From assembly GCF_001194135.2 (NCBI RefSeq), contig NC_068986.1, positions 80,218,398 through 80,255,580 on the forward strand: DNA of 37,183 nucleotides, written 5' to 3'. The notes under the pieces were generated by a model. The model was not told where the DNA came from, ran no database searches, and saw nothing but the letters and a program-made list of their open reading frames with translations. The position numbers and the translations under genes were made by a program. This stretch comes from Octopus bimaculoides (lineage: Eukaryota). Below are positions 24,633 through 35,255 of the stretch, in pieces; position 1 is the stretch's first letter, and each line of letters begins with the position of its first letter.

Positions 24633-27600
24633 TCTATCTATCTCTGATCCGGACGGATAATAGTCGCATCTGCTCGCAAGTAAGTTGGCTTTTTATATGA
24701 CAAAAATTTTGCAGTTTTGAAATATTTTTTGTGGAAGAGGTGTATAAGACTATACACTTCGATCCTATTGGGTTTCTGTAATAGGAAGTGGCTCCTTTTG
24801 GAGTTTATTTCCAAAAGTTTTAATTTTTTTTCTCCAGCTTATTTGCCATATTTCGTAAAATAAATATGGCTAGGCCTTTACACATGGTCAATTTGCCTCT
24901 AATATCAGGCAAGGAGACTGACAAACAAGTCGTTGCACATAAACAAACACAAGACATAGAGACCAGGAATGCTTCTGCTTCTACTACTAATGCCTTCACC
25001 ACCCCCACTACCACCATCACATCCAAAAACTCTACTGCTAGAGAAGTCCACCACCAGTGACAACAACAACAACAGGACACTGGCCGTCAACACCGACACC
25101 ACCACTACTTCAACAAACTCTGCTGCCACTACCACCACCTTTGAACCTAGCAGTACCAACACCACCATCAACAACTATAACAAGATGAACAAGATAAACA
25201 ACACCACAACCACCACAAAAATAAATTTTGCCGATGCAACTAAAGAAAAAAGAACAATAATAACATTCACCCCAAAACAAATTAAAGATACAAAATCCCT
25301 TCTCACGAAAGAAGGTGACACCGTACAAATACACATTCCAAAAGAAATCATCGAAAATACAAACAAGAAGTACAAAGAATACAGACTTATCAAAAAGAAA
25401 ACCAAGCGACCGGAGAATTTCACCACCAAAATGATTGAAATCTGTCTTAAACCTATATGGCCCTTTCAAAACCATGTTACTTGGGGCTGCAAGTTCGCCA
25501 CGGTCCAAGTACGCTTTCAGAGTGAAGAAATTTTCGACACTCTTTCTCCACACAGATGACTTGGTGATGATACCGAGTTATCTTGGACAGAGAGTGATGA
25601 AGGTGAGAGTAAAGAATGTCCCTTCACAAGTGGAGACACAGTGGATAATAGCTGCCATATGCCTCGAAATGGAGGAGGCAAATATATTAGAAATTGCTGC
25701 TGCAGAGGAGAAAAACTGGGAAGGGGGGAAAAAACTCGAAGTCCTCCTCCACATCACTGAAGAGGAGTCCCAAAAGATCCCCACACACATCCAACTGGCA
25801 AAAGACCACAACTTGTATGTAGTGGTGGAAGGAAGGCGGCCACGCTGTTATGTATGTGGAAGCGAGGCACACCTCAAGGACAGTTGCCCAACCACCGCCA
25901 ACCAAAAAAAGCAACAAGGACAACTACCAAAACCCACGAAAAAAACCCTACTACCAACACCAGCATCAACACTCAAAACAAGAGAAATACCAGCAATATC
26001 AACTCAGAAGACAACAGCAACTGCAAGAACAAGTGAGGAAACAGGAGAAAAAAAAAAAGAAAATTCCAAAACTGTCTCCCCCTCCCCCATATCACATACA
26101 CCTCACACAAATAACAAGCAGCCAACACCAACAAAAACAGCAACACACACAGCGCTCACAAGCAACAAAACCCCAAAAGTAAACACACAATGCTCACTGC
26201 CATCAACACAAAAAACTCAGAGTTGATGGAATACATCAACACAAAAACAAACATAACAAACGAAGACATAAAAACCAGCAACCACCCATACACAACACCG
26301 CCAGAACACATCAAAATACTACACATAACACCAACCCTGCACCACACACTAAAATCTATTTTTCCAAAGGCAGTTGGCAAATGCCAAAAATACCTGGCGN
26401 NNNNNNNNNNNNNNNNNNNNNNNNNNNNNNNNNNNNNNNNNNNNNNNNNNNNNNNNNNNNNNNNNNNNNNNNNNNNNNNNNNNNNNNNNNNNNNNNNNNN
26501 NNNNNNNNNNNNNNNNNNACGACAAAGTCACACAAACTAGAAATCATAGCCATAAGCGAGACCAGACTCCATGATCCGCGGGCCCTAACGTCCATGTTTG
26601 GCAGACAGTTTAACATTTATTTTTCTCCCTGTCTGCCGAGAATGGGTGGTAGTGGCACGACGGTACTCTTTCGCAAGAGTCTGGATCTCGAAGTAAAGAC
26701 AGTATTCATAGACCCGGAGGGTAGATTGGTTGTTCTGGATGTCGATGGCAGCGATGGGTGTGCTTTTCGACTCATATCAGTCTACGCACCACCTTTAACA
26801 GGGGACTGGAATGCTACCTTGGACACGCATCTAGACTATGTGGGCAGAGATAGGAATAGACGAGGATGAAAATGCCTCAAAGACCTGCTCAGACGCTTTC
26901 AACTGTCTGACAGGTACCGACTCGACCACCTGAATGCGCCAATGTGAACATGGAGCAACGGCATCAGGTCGTCAAGATCGTATCTAGTCAGCTACACGGA
27001 TCACAAACTTGTGGCTTGTACGCTAGACTTAGATAAGACACATAGGCAGGGCCCCGGTTACCGGAAACTAAATGTGTCTTTCCTGACGAAACAGGTTTTC
27101 AGAGACCGGATTAGCACGTTAGTAAAGAGGGCTTTGACGGGAGCCATCATCAATAACAAATGGTGATTTGCCCTTAAGAGAGCAATAAAAGCAGAAGCAG
27201 TTAGGTATAGCAAAGCACTAGCTGTAGATAGAAACAGAATAGAGGGCGAGCTAGAAGAGGCAATTAGAAGTGGCATCGCATCCAACGTTTTGGTGGCGAG
27301 GTTGGCCCTAGACCAACGCTTCAACGCAAAACACNNNNNNNNNNNNNNNNNNNNNNNNNNNNNNNNNNNNNNNNNNNNNNNNNNNNNNNNNNNNNNNNNN
27401 NNNNNNNNNNAAAATGTGTGAGGCCTTTCAGCGGCACTTTGCTTGACTGTTTGGGACGAGTGGCGAGCGAGAAGGCAGGGTGGACTTCAGTGCCTACCTG
27501 CACAGCCTGCCACGACTCTCGGCAAGAGAGGCGGAGTGCTGCGAAGGTGCCATCACGGCGGCAGAAGTGAGGGACGCAATGGCGGGATGCTCGAGGGACA

Positions 27601-28221
27601 AATCTCCGGGATTGGATGGTTTGCCCTACAAGCTTTACAACTGTATGCCAGACTTGTTTGGAGACGTCTTGGTGGTGGTGTACTGCAACTGGCAGCAGAA
27701 TGGGAGCATTCCCGGTTTTGTGAGCCAAGGAAGGTGAGAATAGAAACGGAAGTTTTGTCTAGTGAATGCTTCAAAAAAAGATGGGTGAATGTAGCAAGAA
27801 TGGCACGTGTGAATGACTGATCCACCTTGAACATAACCCTATAAAGGAGTAAAAAAAATCCAGGAAAAAAAACAAAGAGGCAAAAGAGAGTTACTTGCTG
27901 TTATAGTCTCTTCAATAACAATGACAATATTGACCAAGGTTACCGTGGTCTTTTTCATAGGCTTTTCTTTCCACAGCTAAACCTAAACTGTCCTCCCCTT
28001 TTTTTACATGAGAACATTACTGTGATACACAATCCCTATTGATCATTTTTTTTTTTTCTCTCTTGATCCCTTTTGATTGAACTCCCCCCTTTTTTCTTTC
28101 CTATGATCCCTTTTGATTGACACCCCCACTCTTCTTCCTTTTTCTCTTTCCTTCCCCCTCCCAAAAAGAAAAGCTCTACATTGTATTTGTCCCATCTGTG
28201 TGGCTAATAAAAGAAATGTAG
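24633..28221 (+). mobile_element. Element K: TSD-flanked, internally deleted LINE with both termini; ORF1 24866 to about 26399, ORF2 26519-27820
   Basis: (TCTA)n 5' end, GTAAGT, ORF1 knuckle CYVCGSEAHLKDSCP, APE and early RT, C-terminus RKVRIETEVLS...ARVND*, AATAAA at 28206-28211. Confidence 0.92.
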
Positions 28222-28233
28222 TAATTAAGCGTA
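28222..28233 (+). repeat. Right target-site duplication of element K
   Basis: TAATTAAGCGTA, a few nt after AATAAAAGAAA. Confidence 0.85.
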
Positions 28234-28439
28234 ATACAACAAAATCACCCCTCTTTTATAGAAAAATTCTGCAAATTTACATATTTTATCTACGATAAAA
28301 CATCACTAGAATTATAGCAAGAAAAATTATAAGTGAATGACTCTACTTCAGCATTTTCTTTTTATTAATTTTTCTTCAGACACCCATTAAGCCACAGAAA
28401 AGCAAGTCCACTTATGCAAATACTCCACACGCACAAAGA

Positions 28440-28945
28440 ATGAAGCTTCGTCGTCAATCTTAAAGCTGTGATGCAAGGGAAGAATGACTTTCTAGAGAAA
28501 GACAGAAGCAAACAGAGTCCTGGCAAAATGAAACTTTGGTGAACATCAAGAAAGACAGGAGCAAGATATATTTCGCCATATAGTTGCAAGAAGAAAGGAC
28601 TCAAGAAGAGAGACAACAGCATTTGATTGCTGATAGAAACAGGTACCAAAATTTAAGACAATGTGAGATGCAAAATGCTAAATGCTCTGCATTACTGTAT
28701 GACAAAAATGACCCATATAACAAGGCAGAAATTGGAGAAATGACCAAACATTGTAAGTGTGGCGCTTAGAAATTTACTGGAGAATCACCAGGAATGTGTT
28801 ATGGAAATGGAAAGGTTAGTGGATCCATTCCCACCTCTGCCTCAGTTATTTCAAGAAGTGTTCACTGGGGAAAGTCAATTCAGTAAACACTCTTTGTCAA
28901 AGCTGAGGGAGTACAACTCTCTGCTTGCCATGATCAGCTTTGATC
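28440..28945 (+). pseudogene. Helitron RepHel N-terminal relic
   Basis: EERTQEERQQHLIADR repeat-like segment, then IGEMTKHCKCGA*KFTGESPGMCYGNGKV and FPPLPQLFQEVFTG...REYNSLLAMISF, typical of the Helitron Cys-rich N-terminus. Confidence 0.8.
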
Positions 28946-29306
28946 ACAAAGGTTGGAAACCTTCCCATCAACTTCGTGAAAATAAGTGTGCCAAGCAGGC
29001 ATGTAGCCATGGGTGGAGTGGGGGATATGGGTGCTCAGCACCCCCAGTTAGAATCTCAGTCTCCTCCCACACAATTAGTGTGAGAATTTGCTTTATCCAC
29101 TTTTGAAATAAATACATTGTAGCTGCCTTTCTTTTTTCTCATGAGCAATATCTGAAGTCGCTAAAGATGCAATAAATTGAATTTCTTTTGATTTAGTAGT
29201 TAGTGATATAAAAACGTGGATAAATTAGAGCTGGTCAAAGTATTTGTTGTAGCTATAATTGTCGTAGAATCATGGGTTGAATTAAGAAGTGGCTGATGCT
29301 GGGTCA

Positions 29307-29443
29307 GTTGTTGTTGTTGTTGTGGTGGTGGTGGTGGTGCTGGTGATTGTCGTTGTTGCTGTTGAAAAGTATGTGAAGAATTGTTGCTGTAGTTAGAGAT
29401 TTATGGTAGCAAACGCACCACTACACACGTGTACATATATATA
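29307..29443. repeat. (GTT)n/(GGT)n microsatellites and (TA)n at the gap edge
   Basis: Read directly from the sequence. Confidence 0.9.
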
Positions 29444-30189
29444 NNNNNNNNNNNNNNNNNNNNNNNNNNNNNNNNNNNNNNNNNNNNNNNNNNNNNNNNN
29501 NNNNNNNNNNNNNNNNNNNNNNNNNNNNNNNNNNNNNNNNNNNNNNNNNNNNNNNNNNNNNNNNNNNNNNNNNNNNNNNNNNNNNNNNNNNNNNNNNNNN
29601 NNNNNNNNNNNNNNNNNNNNNNNNNNNNNNNNNNNNNNNNNNNNNNNNNNNNNNNNNNNNNNNNNNNNNNNNNNNNNNNNNNNNNNNNNNNNNNNNNNNN
29701 NNNNNNNNNNNNNNNNNNNNNNNNNNNNNNNNNNNNNNNNNNNNNNNNNNNNNNNNNNNNNNNNNNNNNNNNNNNNNNNNNNNNNNNNNNNNNNNNNNNN
29801 NNNNNNNNNNNNNNNNNNNNNNNNNNNNNNNNNNNNNNNNNNNNNNNNNNNNNNNNNNNNNNNNNNNNNNNNNNNNNNNNNNNNNNNNNNNNNNNNNNNN
29901 NNNNNNNNNNNNNNNNNNNNNNNNNNNNNNNNNNNNNNNNNNNNNNNNNNNNNNNNNNNNNNNNNNNNNNNNNNNNNNNNNNNNNNNNNNNNNNNNNNNN
30001 NNNNNNNNNNNNNNNNNNNNNNNNNNNNNNNNNNNNNNNNNNNNNNNNNNNNNNNNNNNNNNNNNNNNNNNNNNNNNNNNNNNNNNNNNNNNNNNNNNNN
30101 NNNNNNNNNNNNNNNNNNNNNNNNNNNNNNNNNNNNNNNNNNNNNNNNNNNNNNNNNNNGGGGGGGGGGAGTCTTGCAAAGTCATTGAC

Positions 30190-30510
30190 ACCCTCATTGG
30201 AAGATCTAGGACAGGTCAACAGCCAGCCAGAGCAGCCAGTTCTAGCAAAGTTGGATCCAAAAATTTATGGAAATCAGAGACATGACTTCTCGTCAAGCTG
30301 GTATACTGGTCGCCCACGATTAGAGTATTCTCTTTCAAAGAAAGCCTTGTTTTATTTGTTGGCACTTTAATACTTCTGCTCAAGCTGATACTTGTTTTAT
30401 TAAAAATGGATATTCTAATTGGCATCATGCAAAAGGAAAAACACAAAGGTCTAAATAAGCATGCAAACTCTGCATCCCATATCCAAGCTATGGTAACATG
30501 GAAGAAACAC
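30190..30510 (+). pseudogene. hAT-family transposase N-terminal (TTF-type zinc finger, ZMYM1-like) relic
   Basis: DLG...QPEQP...YGNQRHDFSSSWY...RLEYSLSKKALFY, then GYSNWHHA and KHANSASHIQAMVTW; frameshifted. Confidence 0.7.
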
Positions 30511-32608
30511 CAACAGCGTTTATCCACAAAATGGCAGGACAATTAAGTGGGTTACAGTTAGAGATAAGACAGAAATGTGAATCTGTAGTCTTTGTTCTTT
30601 AGTTATGCCCTACTAAATTTAGTTCTTTCACAAATATGCTCTGCTGTTAAAACAAACAAAAAAAACTGCAAGATACTTTTTGAGTACATTTTAACAAAAT
30701 CATCCAAAAAATGTCAATGTATTAGGAAATATTATTAAAAGAAAATTCCCAAAGCAGCAGCAGCAGCAGCAGCTAGTTGGAATTATCTGTCTCATTATCA
30801 ATACAAAAGAAAATTGTGATTTCCTAATCAACGTCTGAATACATCATTGAAAATTCTGAATCACAAGAAGAGACATGTATCAATTCTGCAACTGGATTCC
30901 ATCACAATCAAATAGATCCTAATTTCTCATTTTTATTATAAGTATCAAGTGATATATTTTCTTTTACTGATAACTTATTTAATATCCATCAGGCTAAAAG
31001 TCTTGACAGAATGTATTGTAAAGAGCAAATAGATAAAACTAGAACTATGTTTGCAAAAAAACTGGAGGGAAAACATGATAAAAGTGCAGATAAATTTATT
31101 GACACACAAGAAGTTTTTGTACCGACTTCACCAGTTCCTGAGAACTGCTACAAAGAACAATATCATTCCTTTCATACAAGAATGGGGAAAAAATTTGTAC
31201 ACTACTTTATTCTTCTACATAAGAACTTTTGAACTGTATTATATCCCTAAGAACTGTATTAAATACATAAGAACTTTTGAATTGTAACACTTGCATAATA
31301 ACTTACCAAATATGACTATGAACTTTTGATTGTATTATACACTTAACAGTAAATCATCAGCATGCAACACTCTATGTTCTTTTATTACACATACCAAAGT
31401 GTCACAGACTCCTCTGGGGAACCAAAGCATACATTCCCAAGGTGACAAAGAAGTGTACGGTACAGATGTGATTCCCCACAGAAATATGGGTCAGAGAGCA
31501 CTCAACAATAACATAAATGAATTAAAGATGGACAACATCTTAGACTTAATCAATCTTCCACACAGCTCACACTTCTATATGGGCCATTGAGCACAGAAAG
31601 CCTTCAGGTGGAAACTTGTGACAAATCTGAAGACAATGATAGACAACAATTCATACCAATATATTTGGGGCAGAGGACAGTAAAAATAAAAATTCAGCAA
31701 GAAACAAACCACAGAATTGGGATAAATAAAACATTCCAAACACATTCCAAATCCAAACTAGAAAAGGAATAGGTGGCACAGCAACAAATACAAAAGGGCT
31801 TCAGACTCATTTGAGGCACCAAAATGTACCTCGCCAAAAATATAGTACAGGACAGATGTGATTCCGCCACAAAATCCATTTTGGACTTAATCAACCTATC
31901 CCCACAGATCACAACTCTATATGGACACCGAGAGCAGAAAGCCCTTAACTTGTCACTTGTGCAGTGACACTAACATTTTCCTCCATTACAAAGAAAGAAA
32001 CAAAAAAGACCCCCACAACATTATACAATCTGAATACATCAAGAAATTATTAACAGTGAAATAGATATACCTAAATGATTTGCTTCAGCATGGACAAATC
32101 TTTCTGCTGAGAATTAAAAACAAAACAAAAACACTTAGCAGAAAACTAAAGCCATCTGTCTGAATACAACATAGGAGCAGCACCATACAATATTTAAACC
32201 AATTCTTCCATGATAATTGTTAATCCAACAAAGTAGTCATTGATAATTAAACAAGTTGAAAGGAATAGAAGTATGTGCCAAAAACACTTAATTAAAATAA
32301 AGCCGTACTGTCTGAAGGATGAAAATTAAAAAAAAAACAACAGACCTTTACCAAAAGGTTGCTCAACTTTAAACATTACCAATAACTGCAAAAACCACTT
32401 AACTAGACAAAAATGCATACAACCTTCTTTGCTGTCACTGAGAACGCCACATAATCCTGGTCAAACATTCACACACTTGAAACTAAGAGCACAGTAATTC
32501 TGATGTTTGTAATTCATTCAAAGATGATATTTAATAGAGACAATATAACTTGGATTTCTGTTTAGGCATTCTACATTATTATTTTTATGATAATCAAGTA
32601 CTATTTAC

Positions 32609-32677
32609 AAACTGGGAGGAGGGGGAGTCTTCAAAAGCGAGAAATACAAATTATAAACCCATAATTTCTTTGACAAC
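32609..32677 (-). CDS. Putative next host exon (69 nt)
   Basis: TCTTCAG acceptor; phase-compatible with the exon above (AT|G), giving MLSKKLWVYNLYFSLLKTPPPPS; GTAAAT donor. Confidence 0.33.
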
Positions 32678-32822
32678 CTGAAGATTTACACCAGATAAGT
32701 GCTAAGAAATGGACTGATCTGACATTTTCAGTTAATATAGGAAAGAGATTAGGTCAAGAATGTTAATTACTAACAGAAAAACATGAAAACAGGTTTTCAA
32801 AGCAGTAAATATCTAAGTTCAC

Positions 32823-33032
32823 ATCCGTCTCATTAAGGCAATAAAATACACTAAATTCCTTGGTGTTGATGAAAATAACAAATTTACTGTGAACACAAAG
32901 ATTTCCAGGATGTTATTCCAAGCTGCAGAAAACACAAAAGTCAAAGCTCCTTTTACAATAAAATAATTTCCATAATCCATTGACAGTAGAGCTACAGACA
33001 CCAATATTTGGCATACTAATCCATGTTGTTTC
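32823..33032 (-). CDS. Putative host-gene internal exon (210 nt), unidentified hydrophobic protein
   Basis: Poly-T tract plus AG acceptor; open frame KQHGLVCQILVSVALLSMDYGNYFIVKG...FIALMRR; GTGAAC donor. Confidence 0.4.
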
Positions 33033-34769
33033 CTATTTTAACACAGGATAGAAAAAAAATAAAATCTTAGGATAAAAAATGAGAACACAATGTATTTAGT
33101 TTCTGTATATGCACCAACAAAAGAAAATCAGGAACTTGCATACTTACTTTCATTACACACCAGAAATATCAGAAACTCATACTTTTTGATTGTTCATAAA
33201 CCCATTATTTGGAGTTGCTTACAGACTCCTTTTGTTCTTCAGAAATGTGTTCAGATTCTCGACCAATACAGAGTCACTAATTTTTACTGTACATTTGAAC
33301 AGTATACTAAGTATGTTAGATGATGTATAAGATTAGATGCACCACTGCAATGTAGTATATTCCAAAACCAACACCACAGATAAGGCTATCTGTTGGATTG
33401 GAACTCGATAAAACTATTTAGTTGACATATATGTGGATGAGAGATTATCCAGAAGCTGAGACTATGTTCAAACTGGAAGTGAACAAGATTAGTGTGGTCA
33501 ATTGATGCAACTTTCTCAAGGATGTATGTTAGCAGCATCTGGAAGAACATCCTCAGCAACTAATAGGTACAATGATGAAAGCTTGCTCATTACAATTGAG
33601 ATTGACAAACTGAAGAATATGTATCAGGAGTATTACAGAGGAATGTGGTATGAGTAACCCTGGGCACTTGACAGTTGACCAGAAGATAAGGCAAATACTG
33701 CCTTATCAATGTCACATATCACTGACATGAAAGTTTGACCCATTGTTAGACCGTAGTTTCAATTTCACAGTCAAGTGATATCTGATGAATGGGTTTTGTA
33801 ATTTAGATTGGAGGCCCTGAGGAATGGAATGTATATGCATGAAGTTGTGAACAATTCACATAACTGCATTAATCCAAAAGGCTCAAATGCCATATGCAAA
33901 CAAGTGAAAGACAACAGATGACTGCTAACAAAAAATGCAGACAGAGCAGGATGAACAATATTTTATTCACTTTGTAACAATCCTAAAGTGACCTACAGGA
34001 GAGATTTTTCTACTGAGATGAAAGCTACCCTGTAAGATTTTTTAAACATTAATGCAAAACTGTTTTGAATTAGATAAAGATATCACCAGACCTACATATC
34101 TTAATGTCTTAAGAGATTATTAGTAATAGTATTTTATTACTCACACACCACTTAAACAACAAAAGCAAATATTAAAAAAAACACATTCAACAAATGTTTA
34201 AAAGTGAAGAAAGAGATCGACATTTTATTAGTCAGTAAAGTACTCCTCAAATATGTTTGTGCCCTCTTTGTGTATTCAAATGTCATTTGCAGAAATTATG
34301 AACTGGGTGTACGGTTTTATTCCTGTTATGGAGGTCTGCATCATGTTTTGGGCTCCTTCCTGCCTTGTTAGAGTGTAATCTGAAGGATGGTGTGATGACT
34401 TGGTAGATTTAATTCTATCATTAGAATAAGAAAGTCACGATGATGATGATTTTGTTTTTAGATCCATCAAAATGGGATTTTGATGATTAATGTTGTATTC
34501 CAAGTGCTCAGTGTTTTTTTTTTGCCCCCTTTTATGTTATGAGCACATGAAGTACATTAGCTACCTTGATTATAACTGTAGATGCCAGAGATGCATTTGA
34601 GCCCAAACCACTAGGTTAAAAAAAAGAGCTTCTTTTGTGTGACTATTGCACAAATGAACTCTACCTTTTTAGAACTGAACTATATGAATGCCTGGTTATG
34701 AGGTGTAACAACGGGTTTCAAACTTTGGTATGCATTATAATTATTATGCATCACTGTGGTACAGTAGTT

Positions 34770-34955
34770 ACAGATGGCAGAATCAGTAGAGAGATGGACT
34801 AAATGTTGCACCAGCATTTAGATTTAGCAATTCCATTCATGTCCTGAGTTCAAATGCAACTAGAGTCCGTAAAGCAATATGTAAAGTTACGTCAATTGAC
34901 TACAACCACCCACTACAAATTTTTGATTGTGTGTATATGTGAGAAATTATTATTA
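34770..34955 (+). mobile_element. Degenerate tRNA-derived SINE (resembles an abundant Octopus SINE, recalled not searched)
   Basis: A-box TGGCAGAATC (34775), B-box GAGTTCAAAT (34846), (TTA)n tail near 34945. Confidence 0.55.
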
Positions 34956-35255
34956 TTTCTATTATACTATCATTTTATATGAATCATCATTATTGTTGTT
35001 GTTGTTGTTGTTGTTGTTACTTAGTATGTTACATATTTGCTGCCTTAAGATGTATAAATTATCACTGCTAAAATATTTCCATTGTAAATATGACAATCAA
35101 TAATTGATTTAATTTAACAAAAAATTATATGAAGCCTATTTTTACAACATGAACATTGAAACTATGGTTTTCTAGAGAAAATTAGGTAACTTTGAAATGT
35201 TAGACAATCAGAAATCAATATAAACCCAAACATATCTGAACATTTCTTGTATATA

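Larger units (their letters stand above)
1..28221 (+). mobile_element. Unidirectional cluster of Tx1/L1-clade non-LTR retrotransposon copies and fragments (at least 11 segments, several subfamilies)
   Basis: Repeated ORF1 motifs (IPxYLGQRVxKV, VVEGRRPRCYxCxSxxHLKKxCP), APE motifs (NVRG, SETR, GDWN, SYLDR, SYTDHK), linker GPGYWKLN and RT motifs (KSPGLDG, FRPITLLNAD, DQSKAFDRV, SVRQGCP, YADD), all on +. Confidence 0.95.
23539..28945 (+). mobile_element. Decayed Helitron (5' part), interrupted by LINE K
   Basis: LINE APE sequence stops at ...CCAAACA|, where the consensus would continue TG (an AT target). The new sequence starts TC. The flanks of K rejoin and lead into Rep-like coding sequence at 28440-28945. 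No 3' CTRR end is seen. Confidence 0.5.

Noticed and set aside
24631-24645. LINE 5' ends reading A|TC, like Helitron starts
   Set aside because: K has a TSD and a poly(A)-signal tail typical of TPRT; Helitrons make no TSD.
871-25553. Many Val/Leu/Phe-rich minus-strand ORFs that look like membrane proteins
   Set aside because: They are shadows of the A/C-rich ORF1 sense strand, are not conserved between copies and show no independent signals.
1-28221. Telomere-forming array (HeT-A/TART-like)
   Set aside because: No telomeric repeats, interstitial flank with other TEs, and the truncation polarity is opposite to terminal addition.
1315-30370. Long ORFs consisting mainly of X
   Set aside because: They are open only because N runs contain no stop codons.
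32400-33660. Additional candidate minus-strand exons near 32430-32490, 33145-33200 and 33500-33610
   Set aside because: Phases are incompatible or in-frame stops are present; no consistent model.
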